Positions 10,880 to 21,468 of a DNA stretch of 64,000 bases are shown one piece after another. The position numbers and the translations under genes were made by a program. The notes below the pieces were generated by a model. It saw only the letters and a list, made by a program, of their open reading frames with translations, did no database searches and had not been told where the DNA came from. Location of the stretch: positions 1 through 64,000 of the forward strand of contig OY970172.1 in assembly GCA_963707655.1 (NCBI GenBank), given 5' to 3'. How positions within the stretch are numbered: position 1 is the first letter of the stretch; the number at the start of each line of letters is the position of its first letter. This stretch comes from an uncultured bacterium (GTDB lineage Bacteria > Babelota > Babeliae > Babelales > Vermiphilaceae).

Positions 10880-11544
10880 TCATTACCATTGACGGGCCCA
10901 CGGCGAGTGGTAAATCAACGGCGGCACATGCTTTGGCAAAAAAACTTGGTTTTTATTACATAGATTCAGGTCTTTTTTATCGCGCGCTGGGTTACTTATT
11001 GGTTACTAGGGCCGCATATACCGTTGCTGATTTAAATTCTATTAAAGAGAGTGATATTCAATTATACATGAGCCGCTGCCGCTATATATACGATCAAACC
11101 GGAGCGCATATCTTGTATGAAGATGCTGATATTACTCCTTTTTTAAAAACAAAAGATGTTGATGTGTACGCTTCATTGATTGGGGGAACGCCACAGGTGC
11201 GCATTGGCCTGGAAGAACATATGCGGGTATTGGCACGTGACCAGAATTTGGTTATCGATGGCAGGGATACCGGTTCAATTATTTTTCCTCAGGCAGATTA
11301 TAAATTTTTTCTTACCGCATCGTTGGCAGTGCGCGCAGCCCGTTGGCTAGTTGATCAAGGGAAAAAAGGAATTGTGGTTACGCTCCTTCAGGCTGAAGAG
11401 TCAGTAAGCGCGCGTGACGAACGAGATACGTCGCGTCCGGTAGCGCCGCTTTGTATTCCCAAAGGGGCACATGTCATTGATAGCTCTACGTTTACGCAAG
11501 AGCAGACTATAGAAGCATTTTTAAAAATCATACAAAAGAATTAG
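10876..11544 (+). CDS. cmk: Cytidylate kinase
   Basis: ITIDGPTASGKST, DSGLFYR, DGRDTG, RDERD..R.VAPL. Confidence 0.95.
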   Translation: MIITIDGPTASGKSTAAHALAKKLGFYYIDSGLFYRALGYLLVTRAAYTVADLNSIKESDIQLYMSRCRYIYDQTGAHILYEDADITPFLKTKDVDVYASLIGGTPQVRIGLEEHMRVLARDQNLVIDGRDTGSIIFPQADYKFFLTASLAVRAARWLVDQGKKGIVVTLLQAEESVSARDERDTSRPVAPLCIPKGAHVIDSSTFTQEQTIEAFLKIIQKN

Positions 11545-11571
11545 GGAGCAGATTTTCATCGCTCCCTAATT
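11539..11571. terminator. Bidirectional terminator hairpin
   Basis: aattagggagc...gctccctaatt inverted repeat between convergent genes. Confidence 0.7.
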
Positions 11572-11599
11572 ACTTTACTTGTGTAAGTAAGGCGAATGC

Positions 11600-12037
11600 T
11601 TACTTAGCAGCTGGTGTTTTTTCCATAGCACGTTGAATATGCTCAGGAGCATTTTCAATACGTGTCATGCCGGCAGCTGTTTCTGGAGTACATGGCTTAC
11701 CTGTTGTAACACAGCATTCTTTAACTACGTTACTAACGCATTCTACTTCAACGAATTTTGTAGTAGGAACGATCTTAACGTCAGGAACCTCTTTGCAGTA
11801 TTTTTCAACTACACAATAGGTTTCTTTTGGCTCTCTGTAAGTTTTAACTGGACAAGCTGGACATACATCACAGCTCTTGGTTTTGCGTTCGCAACGACCA
11901 GATTTACAGTTTTTTTCTTTACGCGCGCAGCTACCGTTTTCACAACGACGACCACGACGGTAATTTGCGTCTACTGAAGTAGAAACAGCAAATGCTGTTA
12001 CTGTTAAGCAGACTAATGCTAGATAAAGCTTATTCAT
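11600..12037 (-). CDS. Secreted cysteine-rich, basic protein
   Basis: AAGGAGAA RBS before ATG 12037; signal peptide ...STSVDA; 13 Cys in about 120-aa mature part. Confidence 0.8.
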   Translation of the reverse strand: MNKLYLALVCLTVTAFAVSTSVDANYRRGRRCENGSCARKEKNCKSGRCERKTKSCDVCPACPVKTYREPKETYCVVEKYCKEVPDVKIVPTTKFVEVECVSNVVKECCVTTGKPCTPETAAGMTRIENAPEHIQRAMEKTPAAK

Positions 12038-12215
12038 AGCTTCTCCTTTTAGAATGTTAGTATGATACATTACATTTCAACTTCTAATACCATGGTAATA
12101 TATTACCTTGATCAAATTCAATGATTTTGAAATATAATTACAATTAAGAATTTTGCTTCAGGAGAAAGCGGCGATAAATAAGGGATTATTGGGCAGGATG
12201 GGCAAAAGGGAAACA

Positions 12216-12242
12216 GGGGTATATTTGAATAAATACACCCCT
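12216..12242 (-). terminator. Probable terminator after the lipoprotein gene
   Basis: aggggtatattt...aaatacacccct imperfect inverted repeat. Confidence 0.5.
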
Positions 12243-12250
12243 AGGTTTTT

Positions 12251-12496
12251 TTAGAATTTCAGTGTTGAAGAGGTTTGCTTTTCTTCTTCTAAAGCAATAG
12301 TGATCTCTTCCTGGTCATTTATATCAAAATCTTCATGTGCCACCATCATATCATTTTCGGTGTTTGTTGAACGGTTTTCTACCACTTCAACAGATTCATT
12401 TTTGGTGCAACATTTATTTTTTTTGCACCAGCATGCCGGCAAAGAAAGCAGGCTTGCAACACATAAGAGAGTGATAAAAAGTTGTTTTGTATTCAT
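12251..12496 (-). CDS. Small cysteine-rich lipoprotein with acidic tail
   Basis: Lipobox-like LPA-C followed by WCKKNKCC; 81 aa; GGAG RBS. Confidence 0.7.
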   Translation of the reverse strand: MNTKQLFITLLCVASLLSLPACWCKKNKCCTKNESVEVVENRSTNTENDMMVAHEDFDINDQEEITIALEEEKQTSSTLKF

Positions 12497-12537
12497 AAGA
12501 TCTCCCGATAGAGGTTGTTTAAGAATGTACGTTAAGC

Positions 12538-15012
12538 TTATTTAATCTTACTACTTTGCTTTTTCTTTTTTGATTTTGACTGAACTTTTTGCGCTATTTT
12601 TTTAAATGAAGCATCTTCAAAAGCTGCCGGTAAAACTTCATCCATAGTACTTACCATGATAATATTCAATCCTTTAAGATCTATTTCTTTGGCTATGTCG
12701 CGCAAATCATCGTTGTTTTCTTTAGGAATAATAACGGTGGTTATATCATGTTGCTTTGCCGCAAGAAGTTTTTCTTTTAGTCCACCAATGGCAAGCACGC
12801 GTCCTTGTAGGGTGATTTCACCAGTCATTGCCAAATGAGCACGCAATGGTTTATTGGTTAATGCAGAAATAAGCGCCGCACACATGGTAATACCGGCAGA
12901 AGGACCATCTTTTGGTGTTGCGCCTTCAGGAATATGGATATGAATATCTTTTGCTGTATAAAAGACGATTTTAAGCCCAAGATCTGCTGCGCGCGAACGA
13001 ATATAACTTAAAGCGGCTTGTGCAGATTCTTGCATCACTTCGCCCAATTGTCCGGTAAGCGTTAGGCCACCTTTACCTGGGATAACGGTGGTTTCAATTT
13101 CAAGAACATCGCCACCAACTTCTGTCCAGGCAAGCCCGGTTGCAAGACCAATTCTTGTGTTGCTCTCATTCAAAGATGGTTTTTTTGAATTTAGGATAAC
13201 CGAGCCATTCAGTGATCAGTTCAGCGGTGATAGTTATTGATGCTTTGTTTTTATCTTTAAGAAATATTTGAATAACTTTGCGCATTAATTTTGCAATAAT
13301 TCGTTCAAGTTGGCGCACGCCAGCTTCTTTAGTGTATTGTGATATCACCACACGAAGAAGCGCATCACTAATTTTAAATGATTTGCGGTTAAATTATATT
13401 CTTTAAGATTTTTTGGAATAAGAAAGTTCTTGGCAATCGCAAGTTTTTCATCTTCTGTATACCCTGACAAAGAGATAATTTCCATACGATCAAAAAGAGG
13501 ATAAGGAATGCCTTCAAGCATATTGGCAGTTGCAATAAACATTACTTTTGAAAGATCATATTCGATATCAAGAAAATGATCAACAAATGTTTTGTTTTGT
13601 TCTGGATCAAGGACCTCAAGCAGCGCAGCTGCCGGATCTCCATGCACATCGCGACACATTTTATCAATTTCATCAAGCAAAATAACCGGATTGGTATATT
13701 TTGCTTTTTTCATTGCTTGAATGATTTTACCCGGCAATGCACCAATATAGGTACGGCGATGGCCACGAATTTCTGCTTCATCTTTGACGCCGCCCAGAGA
13801 AATACGAACAAATTCACTGCCCAAACTGTCTGAGCAATTGAATGTGCCGAGAGAAGTTTTACCAACGCCAGGAGGCCCAACAAGGCAAATAATAGGTGAG
13901 CGCTCGATAGATTTTGAGAATTTTTTTGCCGCAAAAAATTCAATAATGCGTTCTTTTGCTTTGCTTAATCCAGCATGATGTTGATTAAGAATTTTTTCAG
14001 CTTGAGTCAAAGCTAATGGTATCTTTACTCATTTTGTTCCATGGTAAAGAAATTATCCAATCGATATAGTTTCTACTCACCACTGCTTCAGAGAAAGAGG
14101 TGGCATTTGTTCAAGCTTGCGCAGCTCTTTTTCTACTTTTTCTTGTGCTTCGGCAGGCAAAGACAATGTTTTTATTTTTGCACGAATTTGTGTAATTTCA
14201 GCAGCCTGATCTTCGCGACCCAATTCTTTTTGAATCGCTTTCATTTGTTCGGTCAAGTAGTATTCGCGTTGAGTTTTTTCAACTTGAGTTTGAATGCGCC
14301 CTTTAATACGTTGTTCTGTTTGCAGAATATCAATCTCTTTTTTGAGAAAATAACATAATTTGAGCATGCGTTCTTTAAGATTGGCTATTTCCAAAATTAT
14401 TTGACGCTCGTCAAAAGATAAATTGATGTGAACCGCAATGGTATCTGCAATATAATCCATATCATCGGCATTACGTGCGGTAATGGCCAAATCGGCAGGT
14501 GCTTTTTCATTCAGTTCTGAATAACTTGTGTACAGATCTTTAAGTTGGCGCCACACCGCTTCCAGCTCAACGGTTTGCTCCATGCCCGTGGTGGGTAAAT
14601 CTTCATATTCAGCAGCCAAAAATCCTTCGCTTTGCTCGGTTGCATGTATCATGCGTGCGCGGCAGAGTCCTTCGGCCAGTATTTTTATCGCGCCATTGGG
14701 CATGCGCATTACTTGCAATATGGTTGATCGAGTGCCATATGAAAAGAGATCGGATGCCGTGGGTGCTTCAACAGCGATATCTTTTTGCGTGGTTATAAAG
14801 AGCATTTTGTCTTTTTTCAGAGCACTTTCAACCGCTTGTATAGATGAAGCTCTGCCTACAATAATAGGAATAATGCTTTTAGGCAAAATGACTACATTTT
14901 TGAGCGGTAACAAGGGTAAAATATTGCCATGCTCGCGTATGCTGGGAGCAGCTTCTTCAGCTATTTTGCCGTTAGATATTGTATCGTTTTGATTTTCAAT
15001 CATGATAACCAC
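12538..15012 (-). CDS. lon: ATP-dependent protease La (split by several indels into ORFs 14077..15012, 13345..14010, 13166..13351, 12538..13173)
   Basis: LON N-domain (LPLLPL), [47 protein letters not shown]. Confidence 0.95.
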
Positions 15013-15247
15013 CTTTTATTAAAGCGAAAGCCACTTGATGATAACAACTGCATTATGGCCAATGTTTTAAAGTTCCCCTTATAAAGGGCTTTTTTTATTG
15101 TATTATAAGTTTATGACATAAATCGTATTTTGCCAAATTCAGCGAATATTATACCTTTTTTGTTTTTACAAATGAGTAATCTTTTGTTAAAATCCACTAT
15201 AACAATACGATTTTCATTACTATTTTTCTTCACATCCAGAGAGCAAG

Positions 15248-16645
15248 GTGGCACAGATGAGTCCTTTTTTGGGAATTAAACGGTTTGCAAAGGTCTGGTT
15301 TGGAGATTTTAGCAAGGCCGAATTAAAAAAGTTTGTTTTGCTGGGACTCACCTATGGCATTATTATAGGGGTGTACTGGACTTTGCGCGTGGTAAAAGAC
15401 TCTGCCTTTATGTGTATGGTGGGTAAGTCATATATCCCGTATGCCAAATTGGCATCTTTATTTATCCTGCTTCCCATTGTTTTAATGTACAGTAAAATGA
15501 TCGAGTTACTGCCTCGCCACCGCATGCTCTATGCGCTCACGGCGATTTATAGCGTTATTACCATTATTTTTGGTTTTTTGTTTTTGCATCCGACTTTGGG
15601 CCTTGCCAATACCACTACAGACGTGACCCGCATGGTTGCCTGGGGTTGGTATGTGTTTGTTGAAAGTTATGGATCATTGGTTCCGGCTCTTTTCTGGGCA
15701 TTTGCTACCGATACTACTGATTCAGGTGCCGCCCGTCGAGGGTTTCCTCTTGTCGTAATGATTGCTCAGTCATTAAGTTGCCTGGGGCCCTTGTTTCTCA
15801 CCCCGCTGGCAAGTCCGCGCTGGTTCGGTTCAAGTGCGTATGTTGTGTTGGCTGCGGGAGCAGTGCTGGCCTCTTTATTGGGGTTGGTAAGGATTTTTAC
15901 TGCAGTTGTTCCCCGAGAGCAGCTGATTGGGTATCGTCCGGCGCAGGAAAAAGCATTGGATGATAAGCGTCATCATAAAAAAATAGGTTTTTGGGCAGGG
16001 CTCAAGCTGCTGCTTTCTCAGCCGTACCTATTGGGGATATTCTTGGTAGTGGGCATATATGAAGCTATTATTACCTTAATAGATTTTAATTTTAAGAATA
16101 AAGCTGAAGAAGTCACCTCCGGAGAATCAGAGTGTACTCTTTATCTGGGCAGCTATGCGCTGTGGGTCAATTTAGTTTCATCACTGTGCTTGCTGTTTGG
16201 TGCAAGCAATATTCAGCGTCGCCTAGGGCTGCGCGTTTCTTTATTGGTGATGCCGGTGATTATAGGGTTGGCCATTTTTGCCTTTTATGTACATCCGGTT
16301 GAGCATGTTTTTTTCTGGATCATGGTGGGTGCAAAGGGGCTTAATTATGCAATCAACTCTCCTTCAGTGAAACAATTGTATGTGCCGACCAGCGTTGCGG
16401 TAAAATATCAATCGCAAACGTGGATAGATACGTTTGGTTCACGCGGCGCCAAGGCCTTTGGTTCATTGTTTAATACGTTAAAAGGGCCGTTAAGCAGCGT
16501 GTTTGGCGCGCAAATGGCATTGAATCTGTACTTGGGTTTAAGCGCAGGGTTTTCAGGAATATTGTTGGTTGTCTGGTTTTTCGTTGCGGCCTATTTGGGC
16601 AGGCGCTATAACAAGGCAATTGATAAAAAAGAGGTTGTTTGTTGA
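15248..16645 (+). CDS. NTT/TLC family nucleotide (ATP/ADP) translocase
   Basis: About 12 TM; YWTLRVVKD, YVFVESYGS..LFWAFA, QLYVP....KYQSQTWIDTFGSRGAKA. Confidence 0.88.
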   Translation: MAQMSPFLGIKRFAKVWFGDFSKAELKKFVLLGLTYGIIIGVYWTLRVVKDSAFMCMVGKSYIPYAKLASLFILLPIVLMYSKMIELLPRHRMLYALTAIYSVITIIFGFLFLHPTLGLANTTTDVTRMVAWGWYVFVESYGSLVPALFWAFATDTTDSGAARRGFPLVVMIAQSLSCLGPLFLTPLASPRWFGSSAYVVLAAGAVLASLLGLVRIFTAVVPREQLIGYRPAQEKALDDKRHHKKIGFWAGLKLLLSQPYLLGIFLVVGIYEAIITLIDFNFKNKAEEVTSGESECTLYLGSYALWVNLVSSLCLLFGASNIQRRLGLRVSLLVMPVIIGLAIFAFYVHPVEHVFFWIMVGAKGLNYAINSPSVKQLYVPTSVAVKYQSQTWIDTFGSRGAKAFGSLFNTLKGPLSSVFGAQMALNLYLGLSAGFSGILLVVWFFVAAYLGRRYNKAIDKKEVVC

Positions 16646-16740
16646 CCTGATTTTTAAAAAGATCGCATAAAAAACGATTGTTTGAATAGCTAAATTGGTA
16701 ATTAACATAGTTCTGTTTTATAGCAAAGAGGATAACAACA

Positions 16741-18189
16741 GTGGATACCAGGGGAAATGTGTCGAGCAATCAGACAGGATATTTGTACCGGATAAGAGCG
16801 TATATAGCCTCCTTTTTTCCTTCCCAAAGAGATGAGTATTTTAAATTAATTTATACCACTCTCAGCTTCTTTCTTATTATTGGCGCCTATACGCTGTCGA
16901 AAGAGCTTAAAGATATAATATTCACTGAAATTGTCGGTAAAGAATATATCGGATTAGTAAAATTGATTACTATTTTGATATTGATTCCTTCAATAATGCT
17001 GTATGCAAAGTTTGTTGATGCATTGCGCCGTTACCAGCTCCTCGTGCTCTATAGTCTTTTGTATGGAGTAGTTGGCCTTGTCTTTGCCTTTCTGCTTGGC
17101 AATAAGTCTATCGGGCTACCAAATACCGTGGCGAGTCCGTATCGTTTATTTGGGTGGTTTTTCTATTTTTTTGTTGAGGGCTACTCTCCTTTTGTCGTAA
17201 GTGTTTTTTGGGCGTTTGTAAACTCAATCAATAGTCCTGACAGTGCCAAGCAAAATTATGCAACGATGGTCTCGGGATCAAAGATTGGAGGGATGGCAAC
17301 CGCCGGTTTTGCGTGGGCATTGCTCAGCGTAACCGACGTTAACTCGTTTTGGATGATCTCGCATATTGGCCGTTTGCAGCTGCTCCTTGCGCTGGCGTCA
17401 TGTATGTTGATTTTGGTTCCGGTTGCTATTTATTTATTGATAAAATCTGTGTCTGCCCAACATTTGCATGGATATGAGGCCACATATCGCGTGGAAGAGC
17501 AGCGAGAAAAAAAAGGGCAAAGCAGCACCGGCATTATTTCTGGCTTGGCCATGATTTTGCGCTATCCGTATGTTTTCGGTATTTTCTGTCTGGTACTGTT
17601 TTATGAAACAATATATACCGTATTGAATTACCAAAAAATCTGCATAGCCAAAGAGAGTGCCAAAAACCTTTCTGAATTAAGTGGATTCTTGTTTAAAATT
17701 ATCTTTATTACCCACCTTGTTGGGTTATTTATCTCCCTGTTTGGCACCCGTAGGTTGCTTGAGAAGTTTGGAGAAAAGGTCTGCTTGCTTTTGGTGCCGC
17801 TTTCTACCGCGATTCTCTTTGTCTATTTTAAAATAACCGGCACACAATTTGCCTTTTTCATCTTTTTCCTCATTTTCCGCAGCATTCATTATGCATTTAG
17901 CTACCCGGTACGCGAGAGCCTCTATATTTTAACCGTTAAAGAGGTGCAGTTTAAATCAAAATCCTGGATCGACTCTTTTGGCAGCAAAATTGCCAAAACA
18001 GGGGGATCTACGTTTAATGGCATAACAAGCAGCTTGAGTGTTGCGGCATTTTCCATAGCACAATCAGCATTGTTTGCTGTTTTGATAGGGTTGTGGGTTG
18101 GTGTTGCCTTTTTATTGGGCAAGCGATTTGAAAAAGCGGTTGCCAATAATGAGGTGATCGGTTTGGAAAAAGATAAGATATTAAGCTAA
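16741..18189 (+). CDS. NTT/TLC family nucleotide translocase, second paralog
   Basis: About 12 TM; SKELKD, FVEGYSP..VFWAFVN, ESLYI....FKSKSWIDSFGSKIAK. Confidence 0.85.
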   Translation: MDTRGNVSSNQTGYLYRIRAYIASFFPSQRDEYFKLIYTTLSFFLIIGAYTLSKELKDIIFTEIVGKEYIGLVKLITILILIPSIMLYAKFVDALRRYQLLVLYSLLYGVVGLVFAFLLGNKSIGLPNTVASPYRLFGWFFYFFVEGYSPFVVSVFWAFVNSINSPDSAKQNYATMVSGSKIGGMATAGFAWALLSVTDVNSFWMISHIGRLQLLLALASCMLILVPVAIYLLIKSVSAQHLHGYEATYRVEEQREKKGQSSTGIISGLAMILRYPYVFGIFCLVLFYETIYTVLNYQKICIAKESAKNLSELSGFLFKIIFITHLVGLFISLFGTRRLLEKFGEKVCLLLVPLSTAILFVYFKITGTQFAFFIFFLIFRSIHYAFSYPVRESLYILTVKEVQFKSKSWIDSFGSKIAKTGGSTFNGITSSLSVAAFSIAQSALFAVLIGLWVGVAFLLGKRFEKAVANNEVIGLEKDKILS

Positions 18190-18254
18190 ATTGATTGCAA
18201 TTTAAGCCTATTTTGTTACAATTTTTTATTGAAATAATGCTTGTCTTCTCATAA

Positions 18255-18320
18255 TTCGGGTGGTAATTGGTGATTTGCACCAAACCCAGAAGGCAATAGA
18301 TCATAACCCATACAAGGATA
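18255..18320 (+). promoter_or_regulatory. Putative rpsB 5' leader (S2 autoregulatory structure)
   Basis: GGGT near the 5' end, ttggtg-atttg-caccaa hairpin, ACCC elements before the RBS; resembles rpsB leader features. Confidence 0.4.
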
Positions 18321-18323
18321 ACA

Positions 18324-19172
18324 ATGGTAGATTATAGAGAACTGGTAAAAGCCGGTGTTCACTTTGGCCATCAAAAATCACGCTGGTCGCCAAAAATGGC
18401 TCCCTATATTTGGGGCTTCAAAAATGGAGTTCATTTGGTTGACGTTTCAAAAACGGCAACTCAATTGGAAAAAGCAGCACAATTCTTAAAAGGTGTTGCG
18501 GCTCAAGGTAAAACTATCTTGTGGGTAGGCACAAAAAAAGCGGCGCAATCATCTATTCTAGAAGCGTCTGCTCGTCTTGAAATGCCATACGTTACCCATC
18601 GTTTTATCGGGGGAACTCTTACCAATAACTCTCAGATTAAAAAAGCGGTAACAAAATTATTGCACTATAAAGATGTTTTGGATCGCTCTGAGAAATTTCC
18701 TCACTACACTAAAAAAGAACTTAATGTGTTGCAAAAGGATGCTGAACGTCTTGAAAAGAACGTGGGCGGTATCGTTAATCTAAACTGGCCGGTAGGCGCA
18801 TTGGTACTGATCGATGTTCGTAAAGAAGCATCGGCATTGCGTGAAGCAGCGCGTATGAATGTTCCTGTTGTGGCGTTAGTTGATACCAACAACGATCCTT
18901 CAATGGTTGATTTTGTGATTCCGGGCAATGATGATGCTCCGCGTGCTATTAGAGTTATTGTTGATTATTTGGCTGATGCCGTTGCCAAGGGCGCTGAAGA
19001 AGCTAAAGAAGCTAAAGTTCACGTTGCTCATGCTGCAGTTGACACCAATGCTCACGAAACAACACCGGAAATTCGTCTCACTTTAGAAGAAGATGAAGAA
19101 GAAGCACGCCGCAGAGCTTCTCGCGCAAAAAGAGCGAAAAGAGCTGGCGTAGCAACTCCTGAAGAGAAATAA
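18324..19172 (+). CDS. rpsB: 30S ribosomal protein S2
   Basis: AGVHFGH, VGTKK, GGTLTN, DTN.DP, IPGNDDA. Confidence 0.98.
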   Translation: MVDYRELVKAGVHFGHQKSRWSPKMAPYIWGFKNGVHLVDVSKTATQLEKAAQFLKGVAAQGKTILWVGTKKAAQSSILEASARLEMPYVTHRFIGGTLTNNSQIKKAVTKLLHYKDVLDRSEKFPHYTKKELNVLQKDAERLEKNVGGIVNLNWPVGALVLIDVRKEASALREAARMNVPVVALVDTNNDPSMVDFVIPGNDDAPRAIRVIVDYLADAVAKGAEEAKEAKVHVAHAAVDTNAHETTPEIRLTLEEDEEEARRRASRAKRAKRAGVATPEEK

Positions 19173-19203
19173 AAACTCGCCGGTTGATTGATTTTGATGG
19201 TGA

Positions 19204-19295
19204 GGAGAGATGTCTGAGTGGTCGAAAGAGCACGATTGGAAATCGTGTATGTTCTGAAAAGGGCATCGAGGGTTCGAATCCCTCTCTCTCCACCA
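19204..19295 (+). tRNA. tRNA-Ser(GGA)
   Basis: GGAGAGA/TCTCTCC acceptor stem, anticodon arm cacga-TTGGAAA-tcgtg, long variable arm, GGTTCGAATCC, encoded CCA. Confidence 0.95.
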
Positions 19296-19470
19296 GCCTG
19301 CGCCAAGGCTCCGGCTGGCAGTGCCATGTCTTCTGAGGAAGAGAATTGATATTAATAGCAAGTTCGTAGGCTGTACGTCGAAGCTTGCCGAGCCTGAAGG
19401 CACGGATAAGCGAAGGCTGGACGGGTGGGCAATTAAATGTCACCGTCAAGGCTACGTCTGGCTAGCGCCA
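19296..19470. repeat. REP-like bulged palindrome cluster 3' of tRNA-Ser
   Basis: gcc-tgc-gccaaggc-tcc-ggc (19296-19315), inverted partner 19365-19422, degenerate third copy 19442-19470; similar to repeats after tRNA-Ala. Confidence 0.55.
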
Positions 19471-19591
19471 GTAGTTAAATATTTGATATAAAAGCGACGG
19501 CGCATGACCATTTCTTCTGCGGAAGAGCTTTGACATTAAGAGCAAAGATTCGCAAATCGTGAGATTCATAACTTTGTGATGTTAAAAAATT

Positions 19592-19676
19592 GGGGAAGCA
19601 AATAAGGAGCGGTTACTCATCTTGTCAGGTCCGAAAGGAAGCAGCAAAAGTAATTTATTTTTGTATTTGCTTCCTC
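19592..19676 (+). ncRNA. ffs: Signal recognition particle RNA (4.5S)
   Basis: Domain IV motif TCAGGTCC-GAAA-GGAAGCAGC; terminal helix ggggaagcaaata/tatttgcttcctc; typical position upstream of dnaX. Confidence 0.92.
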
Positions 19677-19725
19677 TTTTTATAATGATTTTTAACAAGT
19701 AAACAAGAAATTGATTTTTACTCCC

Positions 19726-21468
19726 ATGAACACCACACAATTGAATCTTGCGCGTAAATGGCGGTCAAAAAATTTTGATCAAATTGTTGGTCAAGATTTG
19801 TCGTATAAGAATCTTAAAAACACTCTTTATCTGAATCAATTTTTTCCTGTCTATCTTTTTTCAGGGCAACGTGGTTGTGGAAAAACAATCAACGGCCCGT
19901 ATTTTTGCTGCAGCCGTAAATTGTGAGCAATTATCGTTATTTCAAAAAAATCCAAAGCAGTCTGTTTTGCCCTGTTCACTCTGTGCTCGTGTATGGCAAT
20001 GAGTCAGCATAAACATCCTGATTTTATTGAAATAGATGCGGCATCTCACACCGGCGTTGACAACGTGCGCCAGATCATCGAAGCGTCGAGCCTTATTCCG
20101 CTTATGGGGCATAAAAAAATATATCTTATTGATGAAGCGCATATGCTGAGCAAAGCAGCATTTAATGCATTTTTAAAGATTTTGGAAGAACCGCCAGCGA
20201 GGGTTATTTTTATTCTGGCAACAACAGATTCCCAAAAAATTATTGAAACGGTGCGTTCTCGCTGTTTTCAGCTCTTCTTCAAACCAATTAATCAAGAACG
20301 CTTGGTTGAGCATTTGCGTTTTATTTGTGCGCAAGAAAATATTAAATATGAAGATGATGCATTGCCTTTGATTATACATGAGGCTGCGGGATCAGCGCGT
20401 GATGCGATCAATATACTTGAGCAAGTACGTTTTTCCAGCAGCATGGTTTCATCCGTGGCAGTACGCCAGGTATTGGGACACGTCGATGATGAGCGTTTGC
20501 TCCAATTAGTGCGCATAACACTCAAAGGCGAACAAAATGCGCTGCTTGTTTTTTGCAACAAAATAGCGCTTGCTTCATTTGACGCTTCTTACATTTGGCG
20601 CTCAATTATTCATTTGGTTCGTGCTGTGCTTTGGTACAAGCATGGGATCAATAGAGAGCAGGGGGCATTGTTTGGAGAGACTTTTATGCTGCTCGCGCAA
20701 GAGTGTTCTCTCATGCAGTTGCAGCAATTTTTGGAACATCTCTACCATCATGAGCTCATGTTCTCAAAAACTACCACACAGCATTCATTGCTTGAGATGC
20801 TTTTGCTGCAGATCTGTTACAAAAATCGTTCTCGTAATAACTCGGAATCATCTCCTCTGGCGCAAAGCGCTGCGGGTTCTAATGAGCAATCTTATTCAAA
20901 CTCCGAGCATGCGCTTGGCGATGATGAGAATGAAGACAATGAAGAACAAAACGAGAATACTGATGAAGATGCGCATGGATACGAAAAGGGATGGCCCACT
21001 TTTATTCAACGAATTACCGAGCTTAATGACCCATTGCTTGTATCTATTTTTACCCAGGGTGCTCCACTTAAACTTGATCAGCAGCAGTTAGTCGTGAGCT
21101 TTGCTGAAAAGCTTTTGTTCTTTAAAGATTGGTTGAGCGATACCAAAAATATTTGGCTCCCCGTATTGCGCTCTCTGTTTCCCGATGTGGTTGATATCAA
21201 ACCGGTATTTGTGCAGGATCAAGGTGCCACTGACTTGCCGATTAAGACCGTGCAGCAAAAAGATGTAGTGCGTGTTGAAGAAGAAAAGATAATGCCAGAA
21301 AAGCATGCACCGTTTCCCGCCAGAAAACAAAATTTTTCTTTTGGGATAAAAAAAACAGCGAAATATGGCATTGCCATGGACGTTTCAAACAGTGAAGAAT
21401 GGAAAAAAACTAATCTTATTTTGCGTTATTTCCCCGGTACCGTAACAGAAATTAAGGAGAACACATGA
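19726..21468 (+). CDS. dnaX: DNA polymerase III subunit gamma/tau (compensating indels at about 19888 and 19987)
   Basis: LARKWR..F..IVGQ, GQRGCGKT, shifted-frame STARIFAAAVNC...PC..C, EIDAAS, IDEAHML, LEEPP, SRC. Confidence 0.93.

Noticed and set aside
12538..15012. lon as a true pseudogene
   Set aside because: All catalytic motifs are intact, and similar indels hit essential dnaX and groEL, so artefact is more likely.
19052..19449. Minus-strand ORFs of 91-123 aa over rpsB and tRNA-Ser
   Set aside because: Shadow ORFs antisense to a tRNA and GC-rich palindromes.
19711..19993. dnaX split as programmed gamma/tau frameshifting
   Set aside because: The breaks are a compensating +1/-1 pair in the N-terminal ATPase region, not a slippery site after domain III; better explained as sequence error.
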